44,248 bases of DNA from Gemmatimonadales bacterium (lineage in GTDB: Bacteria > Gemmatimonadota > Gemmatimonadetes > Palauibacterales > KS3-K002). Within the stretch, counting starts at the first letter, position 1. Every line of letters starts with the position of its first letter. The position numbers and the translations under genes are program-made. A model generated the notes under the pieces. That model had not been told where the DNA came from and made no database searches. It saw only the letters and a program-made list of their open reading frames with translations. Below are positions 35,133 through 44,248 of this stretch, piece by piece. The stretch lies in contig JASFTY010000002.1 of assembly GCA_050050535.1 (NCBI GenBank), forward strand, positions 1 to 44,248. Reading direction: 5' to 3'.

Positions 35133-37064
35133 TCAATCGCCGGCGTAAGGATCTTCCGGCACCGACACCGGTCGCCGCCGCCGCTCGACCGTCTCGCTCG
35201 ACACCTGCTTTCTGAGCCTCGACCGGAAAAACGCCATCGCATCGTCGGGCAGCGCGCGCTCCGTGTGATGAAACGCCTCCAGCACCTCGCTACGTTCGCG
35301 ACCCGCGACAAGATCCTTAACCTCGTTCACTCGGACTCGCTCATCGAGTCGCCTCAGACCGTGCGCCACCGCGTCCTCGAACGGCATCGCCTGACGCGGC
35401 GGATACACTTCGATCCCATCTCGCCCGCGCATCACAGCCGGCTTCGGAAACCGCAGAAAGATCGGCTGTGTGAAGTGCGGGTGCCTGACCATCAGGTCAC
35501 CCTTGGGCAGGCTGGCCAGCTTCGTCTTGGTGGCCGGCGACAGCACCGAGTAGCCTGGCGTCGCCAGTTCATCCATATCCATGCGACCGTAGACCGCCGA
35601 GCCGCAGTTGCCCACCACGCGCCGGTGGACCTGCGAGCGGAACTGCTGCGCGCCGAACAGAACGAGCCCTAGGTAGCGTCCCCGCTCGCTGATGTCCAGC
35701 AGCATTTTCCGAACGTAGCTATCGGGGCCGTCCGACGGCGCGTACTTGTTCAACTCGTCGGCGAATACGATCACGTGCCTCACGCCGAGAGTGCCCGACT
35801 CCAGCCCCTCGCGAAGCCGTGAGACCACCCGTGCAAAAACGAGATCCTGAGCCTCGGGCTCGACGTTCGCCACATCGATCACGTACACCGCCCGGTCCTC
35901 GAACTCGCCCCACGGAAGATCGCTCACCGCGTCATCGTTCACCACCAACCCGTGCGCCCGGCTGACGATCCCGTTGAGGCGATTGCGTACTTTGCGGATC
36001 GTCGCCGTGTGGTGCGTCATCCAACGATCGGACCCGCCAGCCTCGCAGCATGCGAGCACGTCATCGAACCAGTCCTCTAAATCGCGAAACGTACGAACGA
36101 GATGATTGCGCATCACCGGCTGCCCGGAGTCCGGCCCGAACCGCTGGTCGAGTACACGGTCGCGAATGAAATCGATCAGCGCATCCGCCTTCGCGTCGAG
36201 GTCGTCGCGTGTCAGCAGAACCTCGGAGAACTGCATTACCTCCTTCAGACCCCAGCGCAGCGGGCGCACACTGCCCATCAGGTCCGTATGCGTCCGCAAC
36301 GTGTTCAGATTCCAGCCGTCCGCCTTATAGGGTGCGAAGAAGCGGACGTTCGCGAACGGCTCGGGCGCGACCCCGAGTAGCTCGTACATCCGCCGATCGT
36401 TCTCGTCCAGCTCGCCCGCCTGGTCGAGGAACAGCAGGTCGGGTCCCTTTACGTTGAAACAGACGGCGGCGACCGAGCCCTTGCCTTCCGGCATGTGCTC
36501 GAACACCGAGGCGAGCAGGAACTCGACCAGGCTGGTCTTGGTCGCCAGCCCGCTCACCCCGGTGATGTTCAGGTGTGCCGCCTCGGGACCCAGCAGGAAA
36601 TCGGCATCCAAATAGACCGGCGCCTCGAGTCGGCCGCTGGTGTAGATGCCGAGCGGGATTCCGGTCTCAGCCTCCACACCGACGTACGAGTCCATGCGCA
36701 ACCCGACCACGACATCGCCGGCGTCCGCCAGGTAAACCGTCCCCATGGGGACGGGCTGAACCGGCTCCTCGGGCTCACGCCGCAGGACGGCGGCGGTGTA
36801 AAGGCGGATCTCGGGCCGCAGCGACGGCGCCTGCGCCCCCGCACCGGGATCGGCATCGGCCCCGATGTAGTCGTGAAGCGGCGACATGAGGTCGGTGTAG
36901 CTGAAGCCTTCCACCACCACGCCATACACCGTCTGCGCGTCGGCGACGACCTTGACGATCGAGCCGATCCCGATCTGCGCCTCGAGGCCGGTCCAGAAGT
37001 GGAACTCGTGGGTCGTGTTCGGCTTACGCTCGGTACCGACGACTCGTCCAATGAGTGCGCTCAT
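35133..37064 (-). CDS. HerA/FtsK-superfamily ATPase (HAS-barrel + DUF87-like ATPase domain)
   Basis: Start at MSALIGRVVGTERKPNTTHEFHFW (HAS-barrel-like N-terminus; ATG comp 37064). Walker B-like VIVFADELNKYAP and the HerA-like ERGRYLGLVLFGAQQFRSQV are present. The P-loop is atypical (GVSGLATKTS). Confidence 0.72.
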   Translation of the reverse strand: MSALIGRVVGTERKPNTTHEFHFWTGLEAQIGIGSIVKVVADAQTVYGVVVEGFSYTDLMSPLHDYIGADADPGAGAQAPSLRPEIRLYTAAVLRREPEEPVQPVPMGTVYLADAGDVVVGLRMDSYVGVEAETGIPLGIYTSGRLEAPVYLDADFLLGPEAAHLNITGVSGLATKTSLVEFLLASVFEHMPEGKGSVAAVCFNVKGPDLLFLDQAGELDENDRRMYELLGVAPEPFANVRFFAPYKADGWNLNTLRTHTDLMGSVRPLRWGLKEVMQFSEVLLTRDDLDAKADALIDFIRDRVLDQRFGPDSGQPVMRNHLVRTFRDLEDWFDDVLACCEAGGSDRWMTHHTATIRKVRNRLNGIVSRAHGLVVNDDAVSDLPWGEFEDRAVYVIDVANVEPEAQDLVFARVVSRLREGLESGTLGVRHVIVFADELNKYAPSDGPDSYVRKMLLDISERGRYLGLVLFGAQQFRSQVHRRVVGNCGSAVYGRMDMDELATPGYSVLSPATKTKLASLPKGDLMVRHPHFTQPIFLRFPKPAVMRGRDGIEVYPPRQAMPFEDAVAHGLRRLDERVRVNEVKDLVAGRERSEVLEAFHHTERALPDDAMAFFRSRLRKQVSSETVERRRRPVSVPEDPYAGD

Positions 37065-37102
37065 GGCGTTACCAGGTCCGTTTCGATCACGATATCCAAT
37101 AC

Positions 37103-40100
37103 CTAGACGAGTGCGCCGGCCCGCTGCGCCCGCTCCTGTAGGCTCAGCACCTGTAGCTTCCTGTGCCGCAGCGCGATCACCGCGTCGCACAGCGCCGACG
37201 CCGCCGACAGCGTCGTCGTGTACGGCACACGTCGTTGGATCGCCGCCCGCCGGATCTCATAGTCGTCGAACTGCGCGTGCTTGCCCAACGGCGTGTTGAC
37301 CAGCAGACCGATCTCACCCGAGATGAGATGATCGACGATGTGGGGACGCCCCTCGTGCACCTTGAGCACGGCCTGCGCCGGGATACCGCGTGCCCGCAGG
37401 TAGCGAGCCGTGCCCGACGTCGCCCAGATCTCGAACCCCAACTCGTGGAACCGTCGAACGATCGGCGTTACACTCGACTTGTCCTGATCGTGCACCGTCA
37501 CCACGATACGGCCCGACATCGGCAGCGGGTTGCCCGCCGCGACCTGCGCCTTGGCCATGGCTAATCCGAAGGAGTCGGCGATACCCATCACCTCGCCCGT
37601 CGAGCGCATCTCCGGACCGAGCAGCGCATCCACGCCCGGAAGTTTGTCGAACGGGAAGACCGATTCCTTCACCGCTACGCCTTGAAACTCGTCGTCCGCC
37701 CGCAGTTCGAATTCGAACAGCTTGCGACCCACCATGCAGCGTGCTGCCAATCGGGCCAGCGAGTTGCCCGTCGCCTTGCTCAGGTACGGGACCGTCCGGC
37801 TGGCCCGCGGATTGACCTCGAGCACGTAGACGATGCCGTCCTTTACCGCAAACTGAACGTTGATCAGGCCGACCACACCCAGCGCGCGCGCCAGCGCTCG
37901 CGTGTGCTGTTTCATCGTCTCCACGTGCTCGTCCCGCAGCAGGTAGGGCGGAACGACACAGGCCGAGTCACCGGAATGGATGCCGGCATCCTCGATGTGC
38001 TGCATCACACCGCCGACGAAAACGTCTTCGCCGTCGGCGACCGCATCGACGTCGGCTTCGAATGCGTCCTCGAGGAAGCTGTCGATCAGGACCGGGTGTT
38101 CCGGTGACACCCGGATCGCTCGCTCGAAGTAGTCCTGCAGCGACTCCTGGTCGTAGACGATCTCCATGGCGCGGCCGCCGAGGACGTAGCTGGGCCGGAC
38201 GAGGACGGGATAGCCGACACGTCGCGCCACTTCGATCGCCTGGGCTTCGCTCACCGCCAGCCCGTTCGGCGGCTGGTCGATCTCGAGCTCGCGGGCCAGC
38301 GCCTCGAAGCGCTCACGGTCCTCGGCCCGATCGATGGCGTCGACCGTCGTACCGAGTATCGGCACGCCAAGGTCGCTTAACTTCGACGCCAGCTTGAGCG
38401 GTGTCTGGCCACCCATCTGCACCACTACCCCCTCCGGCCGCTCCAGATGGACGATCTCGAGCACATTCTCCAGAGTGAGGGGCTCGAAGTACAGCTTGTC
38501 GCTGACGTCGAAGTCGGTGGAGACGGTCTCGGGGTTCGAGTTCACCATGATCGTCTCGAAACCCTCTTCCGCCAGCGCGAACGCCGCCGAGACACAACAG
38601 TAATCGAACTCGACGCCCTGACCGATTCGGTTCGGGCCGCTCCCCAGGACCACGACCTTACGGCGCTCGCTGCGTACCGACTCGTTCTCCTCCTCGTACG
38701 TGCTGTACAGATAGGGGGTAGCAGCCGGGAACTCACCGGCGCACGTGTCGACCATCTTGTATGACGGATGCATCCGCCAGCCCCAGCGCCGCTCCCGGAC
38801 CTCGACAGCGGTCTCGTTCCGGAGCCTGGCCAGCATTTCATCGCCGAAGCCGAGCCGCTTCATCTCCCAGGTCGCCTCGCGCGTCGGCTCGGCCAGCGAA
38901 GCGTACCAACTCTCCGCCGCCACCAGCTCGCTCAACTGCTCGATGAACCAGGGGTCGATGTGGCTGACCTCGCTGATCTGCTCGATACTCAGCCCGTTGG
39001 CCAGCGCGCGCTTGATTTGGAACGGACGATCCGCCGTCGGCCGGCGCAGCGCGGCCAGCAGGGTCTCGTCGTCATCGGCGGACAGGCCGTCATCGCCCGG
39101 TGTCCGGCCGCACTCCCAACCGGCGCGATCGTTCTCCAGCGAGTGGAAGCCCTTCATCCAGGCTTCCTTGAAAGTGCGGCCAATGGCCATCACTTCGCCG
39201 ACGGCTTTCATCTGCACACCGAGGGTCGGGTCGGCGCTGGGGAACTTCTCGAAGGCGAAGCGCGGGACTTTGACCACGACGTAGTCGAGGACCGGCTCGA
39301 ACGAGGCGGGCGTCTCCCTGGTGATGGCATTCGGCAGCTCGTCGAGCCGATAGCCGACGGCGACTTTGGTGCCGATACGGGCGATGGGGAATCCGGTGGC
39401 CTTCGAGGCGAGCGCCGATGAGCGGGACACCCGTGGGTTCATCTCGATGACCAGCATTTCGCCGGTCGTCGGGTCCACCGCGAACTGGATGTTGCAGCCA
39501 CCGGCGGCGACCCCGATCTCGCGAATACAGGCGATCGCCGCGTCCCGCATCACCTGGTACTCCGCATCCGACAGCGTCATGGCGGGCGCCACCGTGATCG
39601 AGTCGCCGGTGTGCACACCCATCGCATCGAAGTTCTCGATCGAGCAGACGATGACGACGTTGTCAGCCTGATCGCGCATCACCTCGAGCTCGTATTCCTT
39701 CCAGCCGATGACGCTCTTGTCGATCAGGATCTCGCCGATCGGCGAAGCCTCCAGGCCCGTCCGCGCCGCCTGCTCGAACTCCTCCCGATTGTAGGCGATC
39801 CCGCCCCCGGTGCCGCCCAGCGTGAACGACGGGCGAATGATCGCCGGGAAGCTCGTCTCCTCGGCGATGGCCAGCGCCTCATCCAGCGAGTGGGCGAAGC
39901 CGCCGTGCGGCACCTCGAGGCCGATGCGCCGCATCGCCGACGCGAACTGCTCGCGGTCCTCCGCCAGCCGGATCGCCCGGGCGTCAGCTCCGATCAACTC
40001 GACCCCGTACTTCTCCAAGATCCCGGAGTCGTATAGCTGGAGCGAGACGTTGAGCCCCACCTGCCCGCCCATCGTCGGGAGCAACGCGTCGGGCCGCTCG

Positions 40101-40339
40101 GCCTCGATCACTCGCTCCACCCACTCGGGTGTCAGCGGCTCGATGTAGGTCGCGTCCGCCAGGTCCGGGTCGGTCATGATCGTCGCCGGGTTCGAGTTCA
40201 CCAGGATGACCCGGTAACCCTCCTCCTTCAGCGCGCGAACGGCCTGCGTGCCCGAATAGTCGAACTCGCAGGCCTGCCCGATCACGATCGGCCCGCTGCC
40301 CAGCAGCAGGACGCTCTGTATGTCTTCCCGCTTCGGCAT
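37103..40339 (-). CDS. carB: carbamoyl-phosphate synthase large subunit
   Basis: 1078 aa with duplicated ATP-grasp halves, a canonical N-terminus [33 protein letters not shown], and a C-terminal MGS-like domain. Confidence 0.97.
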   Translation of the reverse strand: MPKREDIQSVLLLGSGPIVIGQACEFDYSGTQAVRALKEEGYRVILVNSNPATIMTDPDLADATYIEPLTPEWVERVIEAERPDALLPTMGGQVGLNVSLQLYDSGILEKYGVELIGADARAIRLAEDREQFASAMRRIGLEVPHGGFAHSLDEALAIAEETSFPAIIRPSFTLGGTGGGIAYNREEFEQAARTGLEASPIGEILIDKSVIGWKEYELEVMRDQADNVVIVCSIENFDAMGVHTGDSITVAPAMTLSDAEYQVMRDAAIACIREIGVAAGGCNIQFAVDPTTGEMLVIEMNPRVSRSSALASKATGFPIARIGTKVAVGYRLDELPNAITRETPASFEPVLDYVVVKVPRFAFEKFPSADPTLGVQMKAVGEVMAIGRTFKEAWMKGFHSLENDRAGWECGRTPGDDGLSADDDETLLAALRRPTADRPFQIKRALANGLSIEQISEVSHIDPWFIEQLSELVAAESWYASLAEPTREATWEMKRLGFGDEMLARLRNETAVEVRERRWGWRMHPSYKMVDTCAGEFPAATPYLYSTYEEENESVRSERRKVVVLGSGPNRIGQGVEFDYCCVSAAFALAEEGFETIMVNSNPETVSTDFDVSDKLYFEPLTLENVLEIVHLERPEGVVVQMGGQTPLKLASKLSDLGVPILGTTVDAIDRAEDRERFEALARELEIDQPPNGLAVSEAQAIEVARRVGYPVLVRPSYVLGGRAMEIVYDQESLQDYFERAIRVSPEHPVLIDSFLEDAFEADVDAVADGEDVFVGGVMQHIEDAGIHSGDSACVVPPYLLRDEHVETMKQHTRALARALGVVGLINVQFAVKDGIVYVLEVNPRASRTVPYLSKATGNSLARLAARCMVGRKLFEFELRADDEFQGVAVKESVFPFDKLPGVDALLGPEMRSTGEVMGIADSFGLAMAKAQVAAGNPLPMSGRIVVTVHDQDKSSVTPIVRRFHELGFEIWATSGTARYLRARGIPAQAVLKVHEGRPHIVDHLISGEIGLLVNTPLGKHAQFDDYEIRRAAIQRRVPYTTTLSAASALCDAVIALRHRKLQVLSLQERAQRAGALV

Positions 40340-40556
40340 CTAGGCCAGGGAGGTCCTCCGCTGTATGGACGATTGAACGTGGCCCGTGCCCAATTCTACC
40401 CGGCGGGACACGGCTACGCCAGCCGAGCTCGACGCTCGCCGCTCGCCGCCCGGAGGCCCGAGCCCGGCCGCCGCCGGTTGCACCCGGCACGGCAAGGCAC
40501 CACATTCCGGGATCATTCTCGGCAACCCCCCTACTGTAAGACACTGGAGCAACTCG

Positions 40557-42854
40557 ATGACCACCGACAACCACACGCTACGCACAATCACAGGTCGCCT
40601 TCTGCTCGTCCCGGCTCTCGCGCTGGCCGCGGCGTGCAGTACCGCGACCACACCCGTAAGCGAGCCCCGTCCCGCCACCCCGGAACCCCAAACCGAGCAG
40701 GCGGCGCCGAAGCCTGCCCTCCCCGGCGCTACCGTGGAGGTCGAGGCGGGCAAGTTCGACAACGGCAAGATGTGGACGTTCGAGTACGCACCGCTGGAGT
40801 ATTTCGCCGAGACGTACGGCTTCCAGCCCGATCAGGCCTGGTTCGAGAAGGCACGGCTCGGGGCGCTGCGCCTCTCGAACTGCTCGGCCTCCTTCGTCTC
40901 GCCCAACGGCCTCGTCCTCACCAACCACCACTGCGCCCGCCAAAGCGTTACCGAGGTCAGCGGGCCCGGCGAGACTTTGCTGGACGATGGCTTCTACGCC
41001 AGCTCGCTGGACGCGGAGCGCGAGACGAGCCGCTCGATCGACCAGCTCATCGCCATCCAGGACGTGACCGCCGAAGTCCACGCGGCCCTCGAGGGCACGG
41101 CCGGCGCCGAGCGGGCCCAGGCCCAGCAGGCGATCGAGGAGGAGCTGTCCCAGCGGATCGCCGCGGAGCACGGCGGTGAGGACGCCGGGATCGTTGTCGA
41201 GATCATCGGGCTGTGGGACGGCGCGAAGTACTCGGCCTACGTCTTCCGTCGCTACTCCGACCTGCGCCTCGTCCTGGCACCCGAGCTGCAGATTGGCTTC
41301 TTCGGCGGCGACTACGACAACTTCACTTACCCGCGCTACAACCTCGACTTCTCGTTCTACCGCATCTACGACGAGGACGGAAACCCGGTGGAGCCCGAGT
41401 TCTGGTTCGAGTGGAGCGAGGGCGGCGTCGAGGAAGGGGACGCCGTGTTCGTCATCGGCAACCCGGGCGGATCCAGCCGGTTGCAGACGGTCGCCCAGCT
41501 CGAGTGGCGCGCAGCGGTCAGAGACCGGGCGATCTACGAGCTGTTCAAGAGCCGGGCGGATGCGCTGCAGGCATTCTACGACCAGGACCCGGAGACCGGC
41601 GAAGAGATGGACCTGCGCGACGAGATCGCCAACCTCAGGAACTCGGAGAAGGCGTTCCACGGCATGTGGCAGGGTCTGCAGAACCCCGAGTATATGGCTC
41701 GACGCCGTGACTCGGAGCGGCAATTCCGAGAGGCAATCGCCGCCGACCCAGTGCTCAGCACTCAGTCTACGGTATTGGAGCAGGCCGAGGGATTTGTGAG
41801 GATGGGGGCGGGTTACGGCAGCCTGATAGATCGGATGGGCGTAATCCAGGAGCGCCGCATGGAATACGCGGCCGAGTTCGGGGCGTTCGTCGCCCTCGGC
41901 AGCCCGACCTTCGACGCGGCGGCCATGCAGCGCGCCCAGTTGGCCTACTTCTACGTAACCGCCAGCCGGGCCGGCGCGCCGCCATCGGCACTCGCCGACT
42001 TGAAGGAGAATCTGCTATCGATAGAGGATCAGCCGGACGCACTGCAGCGCGCTCTCTTCGCCGCCCGCCTCGCCGATTTCGAGAAGCACCTCGGCGCAGA
42101 AAGCCCGATCGTCCAGAGCATCCTGCAGGGCCGCACCCCGGCCGCCGCTGCCGAGACGATCCTCGCCCAGTCGGCTCTCGCCGATGCGGCAGGCACCGCC
42201 GAGGCGCTGGAGGACGGATCGCTGACTACAGAGGACGCCGCGATCCAGATGATCGGTGCGATCGTCGAGCGCCTGCGTACCTATCAGCTCGCCTTCCAGG
42301 GCTTCGCGCAGGAGGAGGCCAGCATCGCTAGCCGTCTGGGCCGCGCCCGGTTCGCCATCTACGGCACGAAGATCCCGCCGGACGCCACGTTCTCGCTGCG
42401 CATCGCCGACGGCGTGGTGAAGGGCTACGAGTACAACGGCACGGTAGCGCCGATCTACACGACCTTTTACGGGCTCTATGACCATTACTACGCCTACGGC
42501 CCCGGCACTGACTGGGATCTGCCGGCCCGCTGGCTGAGCCCGCCGCAGACGTTCGACCTGGCGACACCCGTCAACTTCGTGCTCACCGCCGACGTGATCG
42601 GAGGTAACTCCGGCTCGCCGGTGATCAACGCCGACCTCGAGGTCGTCGGTCTCGTGTTCGACGGCAACATCGAGAGCTTGCCGGGTGACTACATCTACGA
42701 CCCCGAGGTCAACCGGACGGTGGCGGTCGACGTGCGCGGCATTCTCGAGGCGCTGGACGAAATCTACGACGCCGACCGCATCGTGCTCGAGCTGACTACC
42801 GGTCAGCTCGTCGAGACCGAGGCGGCGGCAGACGCGGTGATCTCCGGTAGATAA
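40557..42854 (+). CDS. S46-family serine peptidase (dipeptidyl-peptidase 7/11-like), lipoprotein
   Basis: I prefer the ATG at 40557 (MTTDNHTLRTITGRLLLVPALALAAAC, a lipobox). Catalytic motifs: SPNGLVLTNHHCA and GGNSGSPVINADLEVVGLVFDGN. Confidence 0.85.
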   Translation: MTTDNHTLRTITGRLLLVPALALAAACSTATTPVSEPRPATPEPQTEQAAPKPALPGATVEVEAGKFDNGKMWTFEYAPLEYFAETYGFQPDQAWFEKARLGALRLSNCSASFVSPNGLVLTNHHCARQSVTEVSGPGETLLDDGFYASSLDAERETSRSIDQLIAIQDVTAEVHAALEGTAGAERAQAQQAIEEELSQRIAAEHGGEDAGIVVEIIGLWDGAKYSAYVFRRYSDLRLVLAPELQIGFFGGDYDNFTYPRYNLDFSFYRIYDEDGNPVEPEFWFEWSEGGVEEGDAVFVIGNPGGSSRLQTVAQLEWRAAVRDRAIYELFKSRADALQAFYDQDPETGEEMDLRDEIANLRNSEKAFHGMWQGLQNPEYMARRRDSERQFREAIAADPVLSTQSTVLEQAEGFVRMGAGYGSLIDRMGVIQERRMEYAAEFGAFVALGSPTFDAAAMQRAQLAYFYVTASRAGAPPSALADLKENLLSIEDQPDALQRALFAARLADFEKHLGAESPIVQSILQGRTPAAAAETILAQSALADAAGTAEALEDGSLTTEDAAIQMIGAIVERLRTYQLAFQGFAQEEASIASRLGRARFAIYGTKIPPDATFSLRIADGVVKGYEYNGTVAPIYTTFYGLYDHYYAYGPGTDWDLPARWLSPPQTFDLATPVNFVLTADVIGGNSGSPVINADLEVVGLVFDGNIESLPGDYIYDPEVNRTVAVDVRGILEALDEIYDADRIVLELTTGQLVETEAAADAVISGR

Positions 42855-42877
42855 GGGGGGGTCGGCCGAAGCCTCTC

Positions 42878-44089
42878 TCACCCGGTGAGCGCCTGATCGA
42901 AGTCGGCGATGATATCCTCCGGGTCTTCGAGTCCCACGCTGACCCGGATCAGGTTCTCGGAGATGCCGGCCTCGGCACGCTGCTCCGGCGTCAGCCGGGC
43001 ATGGATCATCGAGGCCGCGTGGACCGCCAGCGTCTCGGTACCGCCCAGGCTGACCGCGCGCCGCGCCAGCTGCATGCGGGCGGCGAAGTTGCGGGCCGCC
43101 TCGTAGCCGCCTGCGAGCTCGAAGACTACCATGCCGCCGAAGCCGTCCATCTGCCTCTTGGCCAGCTCGTGCTGCGGGTGTGAGACGAGTCCCGGATAGT
43201 AGACGCGCTGGACGGCGCTGTGCGACTCGAGAAACCGGGCCACCGCCATCGCGTTCGAGTTGTGGCGCGCCACCCGGAACGGCAGCGTCTGGATCCCGCG
43301 CGCCAGGAGCCAAGACTCGAACGGGTGCGAGATGCCGCCGTGGATGACGAGCCCGAGCCAGAGGGTCTCGATGCGCTCACGGTCGCCAACGACGAAGCCC
43401 GCAGTGACATCGCTGTGGCCGCCCAGGTACTTCGTCGCGCTGTGCACGACCAGATCGAGCCCGTGCTCGATCGGACGCTGATTGATCGGCGTGGCGAACG
43501 TGTTGTCCATGCAGGTCGTGATGCCACGCTCGCGTGCCAGCGCCGCGACGCCCGCCAGGTCGGTGACCGCCAGCGTCGGATTCACGGGACTCTCAAGGAA
43601 GATGAGGCGCGTTTCGGGCCGGATCGCCGCCTCGAACGCCCCCAGATCCGTCTGCTCGACCAAGCTCACCCCGATGCCGTAGCGCGGCAGCCAGGCCTCC
43701 AGCGCCTTCATCGTACCGACGTAGTGGCAGGTCTGGGCGACCACGTGATCCCCTTTCTTCAGCAGCCCCAGAAATACCAGCATGATCGCCGCCATCCCCG
43801 ACGCCGTCACCAACGCCGCCTCGCCACCCTCCAGCACCGCGATCGCCTCCTGCACCGCAGTGAAGTTCGGGTTGCCGTAGCGCGTGTAGAACGTCTCGGG
43901 CCGCGTTGCCGTGGCGGCGTCGGCAACCTCGCCAGGCTCACGGAAGGCGAAGGTCGAACTCTGCCAGATCGGCGTCCCGATCGGCGCCCCCATACCCGGG
44001 CCATACACCTCCGGCCCGGCAGCCGAGTGGATCGCCCGCGTCGCCGTACCCCAGCCTTTCGATTCCTGCTTCTTGCCCCTACTCATCAT
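42878..44089 (-). CDS. PLP-dependent Cys/Met-metabolism enzyme (cystathionine gamma-synthase / methionine gamma-lyase / O-acylhomoserine sulfhydrylase family)
   Basis: 403 aa with the PLP-lysine motif HSATKYLGGHSDVTAG and the family-typical N-terminus TRAIHSAA. The exact specificity cannot be called from sequence alone. Confidence 0.88.
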   Translation of the reverse strand: MMSRGKKQESKGWGTATRAIHSAAGPEVYGPGMGAPIGTPIWQSSTFAFREPGEVADAATATRPETFYTRYGNPNFTAVQEAIAVLEGGEAALVTASGMAAIMLVFLGLLKKGDHVVAQTCHYVGTMKALEAWLPRYGIGVSLVEQTDLGAFEAAIRPETRLIFLESPVNPTLAVTDLAGVAALARERGITTCMDNTFATPINQRPIEHGLDLVVHSATKYLGGHSDVTAGFVVGDRERIETLWLGLVIHGGISHPFESWLLARGIQTLPFRVARHNSNAMAVARFLESHSAVQRVYYPGLVSHPQHELAKRQMDGFGGMVVFELAGGYEAARNFAARMQLARRAVSLGGTETLAVHAASMIHARLTPEQRAEAGISENLIRVSVGLEDPEDIIADFDQALTG

Positions 44090-44152
44090 CGCCTCGTTTC
44101 TTCCCCCTTCTTGTTTTCATTCTTCCCCTCTTCCCCCCTCATCCTACTCTTA

Positions 44153-44248
44153 CTCGTAATCGTAATCGTGCTCGCAATCGTGATCGTACCCCAGTCCTGC
44201 TCGTTCTCGGAAACTGGCTGATTTTGAACTCGATTACGATTGCGATGA
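44153..44248. repeat. family 1 palindromic repeat, second copy, truncated by the window edge
   Basis: CTCGTAATCGTAATCG (44153-44168) is the exact reverse complement of 10004-10019. The right arm CTCGATTACGATTGCGATGA (44229-44248) pairs with 44169-44188 at 15/20 positions. Confidence 0.6.

Noticed and set aside
37065-40339. carB without an adjacent carA as an anomaly
   Set aside because: Split carA/carB loci are common in bacteria. The only notable point is its 38-nt distance to the HerA-like gene, which is covered in the operon finding.
1-44248. CRISPR arrays, tRNA/rRNA genes, integrases or transposases, prophage or toxin-antitoxin modules
   Set aside because: No regularly spaced direct repeats are present, no cloverleaf-compatible or rRNA-like segments occur in the short intergenic regions, and no ORF shows recombinase or transposase motifs.

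Overview
A 44.2-kb, high-GC (by eye, not computed) chromosomal segment of a Gram-negative bacterium. The gene content includes an S46 peptidase, a DUF2723 transferase, an OmpA protein with thrombospondin-type repeats, a 6-bladed beta-propeller lipoprotein and an aa3-type cox cluster. That mix is compatible with a Gemmatimonadota/Bacteroidota-like lineage, but this is weak inference. I found no rRNA, tRNA, CRISPR array, transposase or integrase. Most of the window is housekeeping: carB, ftsH, queD/queE, ctaA, the coxB-ctaD-ctaE-coxIV-ctaB cluster, a CDF transporter, a DASS transporter, an MsbA-like ABC exporter, hydantoinase A and a PLP-dependent Cys/Met enzyme. Many long Arg/Pro/Ala-rich ORFs in the track are antisense or off-frame shadows of real genes. 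Six things deserve a second look. (1) A tightly coupled minus-strand operon runs HerA-like ATPase, 4-TM protein, signal-peptide protein, SbcD(Mre11), SbcC(Rad50). This resembles the archaeal herA-mre11-rad50 linkage, but two envelope proteins sit where NurA would be, and the HerA P-loop is non-canonical. (2) An orphan TIR-HEAT gene lies between cox-assembly genes and OmpA, and its TIR N-terminus appears to be broken by a frameshift. (3) A divergent pair of sigma-54 promoters with TCTGCAC repeats lies next to a PAS-domain sigma-54 activator. One promoter drives a small Cys protein plus a Tat-exported 4x[4Fe-4S] subunit. (4) Two unrelated proteins share the N-terminal peptide MDSHDRGV..RLP, and all nucleotide differences in the first eight codons are synonymous. 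(5) There are at least two families of long imperfect extragenic palindromes, some of which supply the stop codon and last codons of genes. (6) A 139-bp MITE-like palindrome with perfect 19-bp termini sits between two convergent genes. All functional calls come from reading motifs in the translations. No database search was run.
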